Translations under genes and position numbers: made by a program
Part shown: positions 14,607 to 14,719 of the stretch, one piece after another
Position numbering within the stretch: the first letter of the stretch is position 1
Layout of the letters: the number at the start of each line of letters is the position of its first letter
The notes under the pieces: generated by a model
Database searches by the model: none
What the model saw: the letters and a program-made list of their open reading frames with translations, nothing else
Told to the model about the DNA's origin: nothing
NCBI GenBank assembly: GCA_964549615.1
Contig: CAZJVP010000021.1
Span: 1 to 14,719, forward strand
Direction: 5' to 3'
Length of the DNA stretch: 14,719 nt
Origin: an uncultured Thermococci archaeon
Lineage (GTDB): Archaea > CAYQAE01 > CAYVLA01

Positions 14607-14719
14607 ATGAAAGAGAACACGGTTTTCATCGGGAACAAGGGACTGATGAACTATGTACTGGCGATCGTGACCCAGTTCAACACGACTGATGCCAGCGAGG
14701 TCGTGGTGAAGGCGCGGGG
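14607..14719 (+). CDS. albA: DNA/RNA-binding protein Alba (Sac10b family), 3'-truncated by window edge
   Basis: Manual translation [37 protein letters not shown](G) matches the Alba signature IG.K..MNYVLA...VxxKARG. Strong RBS; not in the ORF track. Confidence 0.94.
   Translation, partial: MKENTVFIGNKGLMNYVLAIVTQFNTTDASEVVVKAR

Overview
GC-rich chromosomal window from an archaeon, judged from archaeal-type PEP carboxylase ppcA, an Alba gene and BRE/TATA-like promoters; a finer lineage cannot be assigned from sequence alone. Left to right: an ArnT/PMT-family membrane glycosyltransferase running off the left edge (absent from the ORF track); a bacterial-like meso-diaminopimelate dehydrogenase; a divergent membrane-anchored protein of unknown function; a vapBC toxin-antitoxin pair; ppcA; an eight-gene minus-strand stand-alone Mrp/Mnh-type operon (split MrpA, then B, C, D, E, F, G); and the 5' part of alba. 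The Mrp operon is the most unusual element. Its MrpG is fused in frame to a full DUF47/PhoU-like phosphate-transport-regulator domain. Both antiporter-like subunits lack the TM7 lysine (Asp and Thr instead), and several normally conserved ion-path residues are changed (MrpF R33Q/D38G, MrpB His to Val) although all ORFs are intact. This suggests a PhoU-regulated and possibly repurposed Mrp-derived transporter (inference). All family assignments are by motif recognition; no searches were run.
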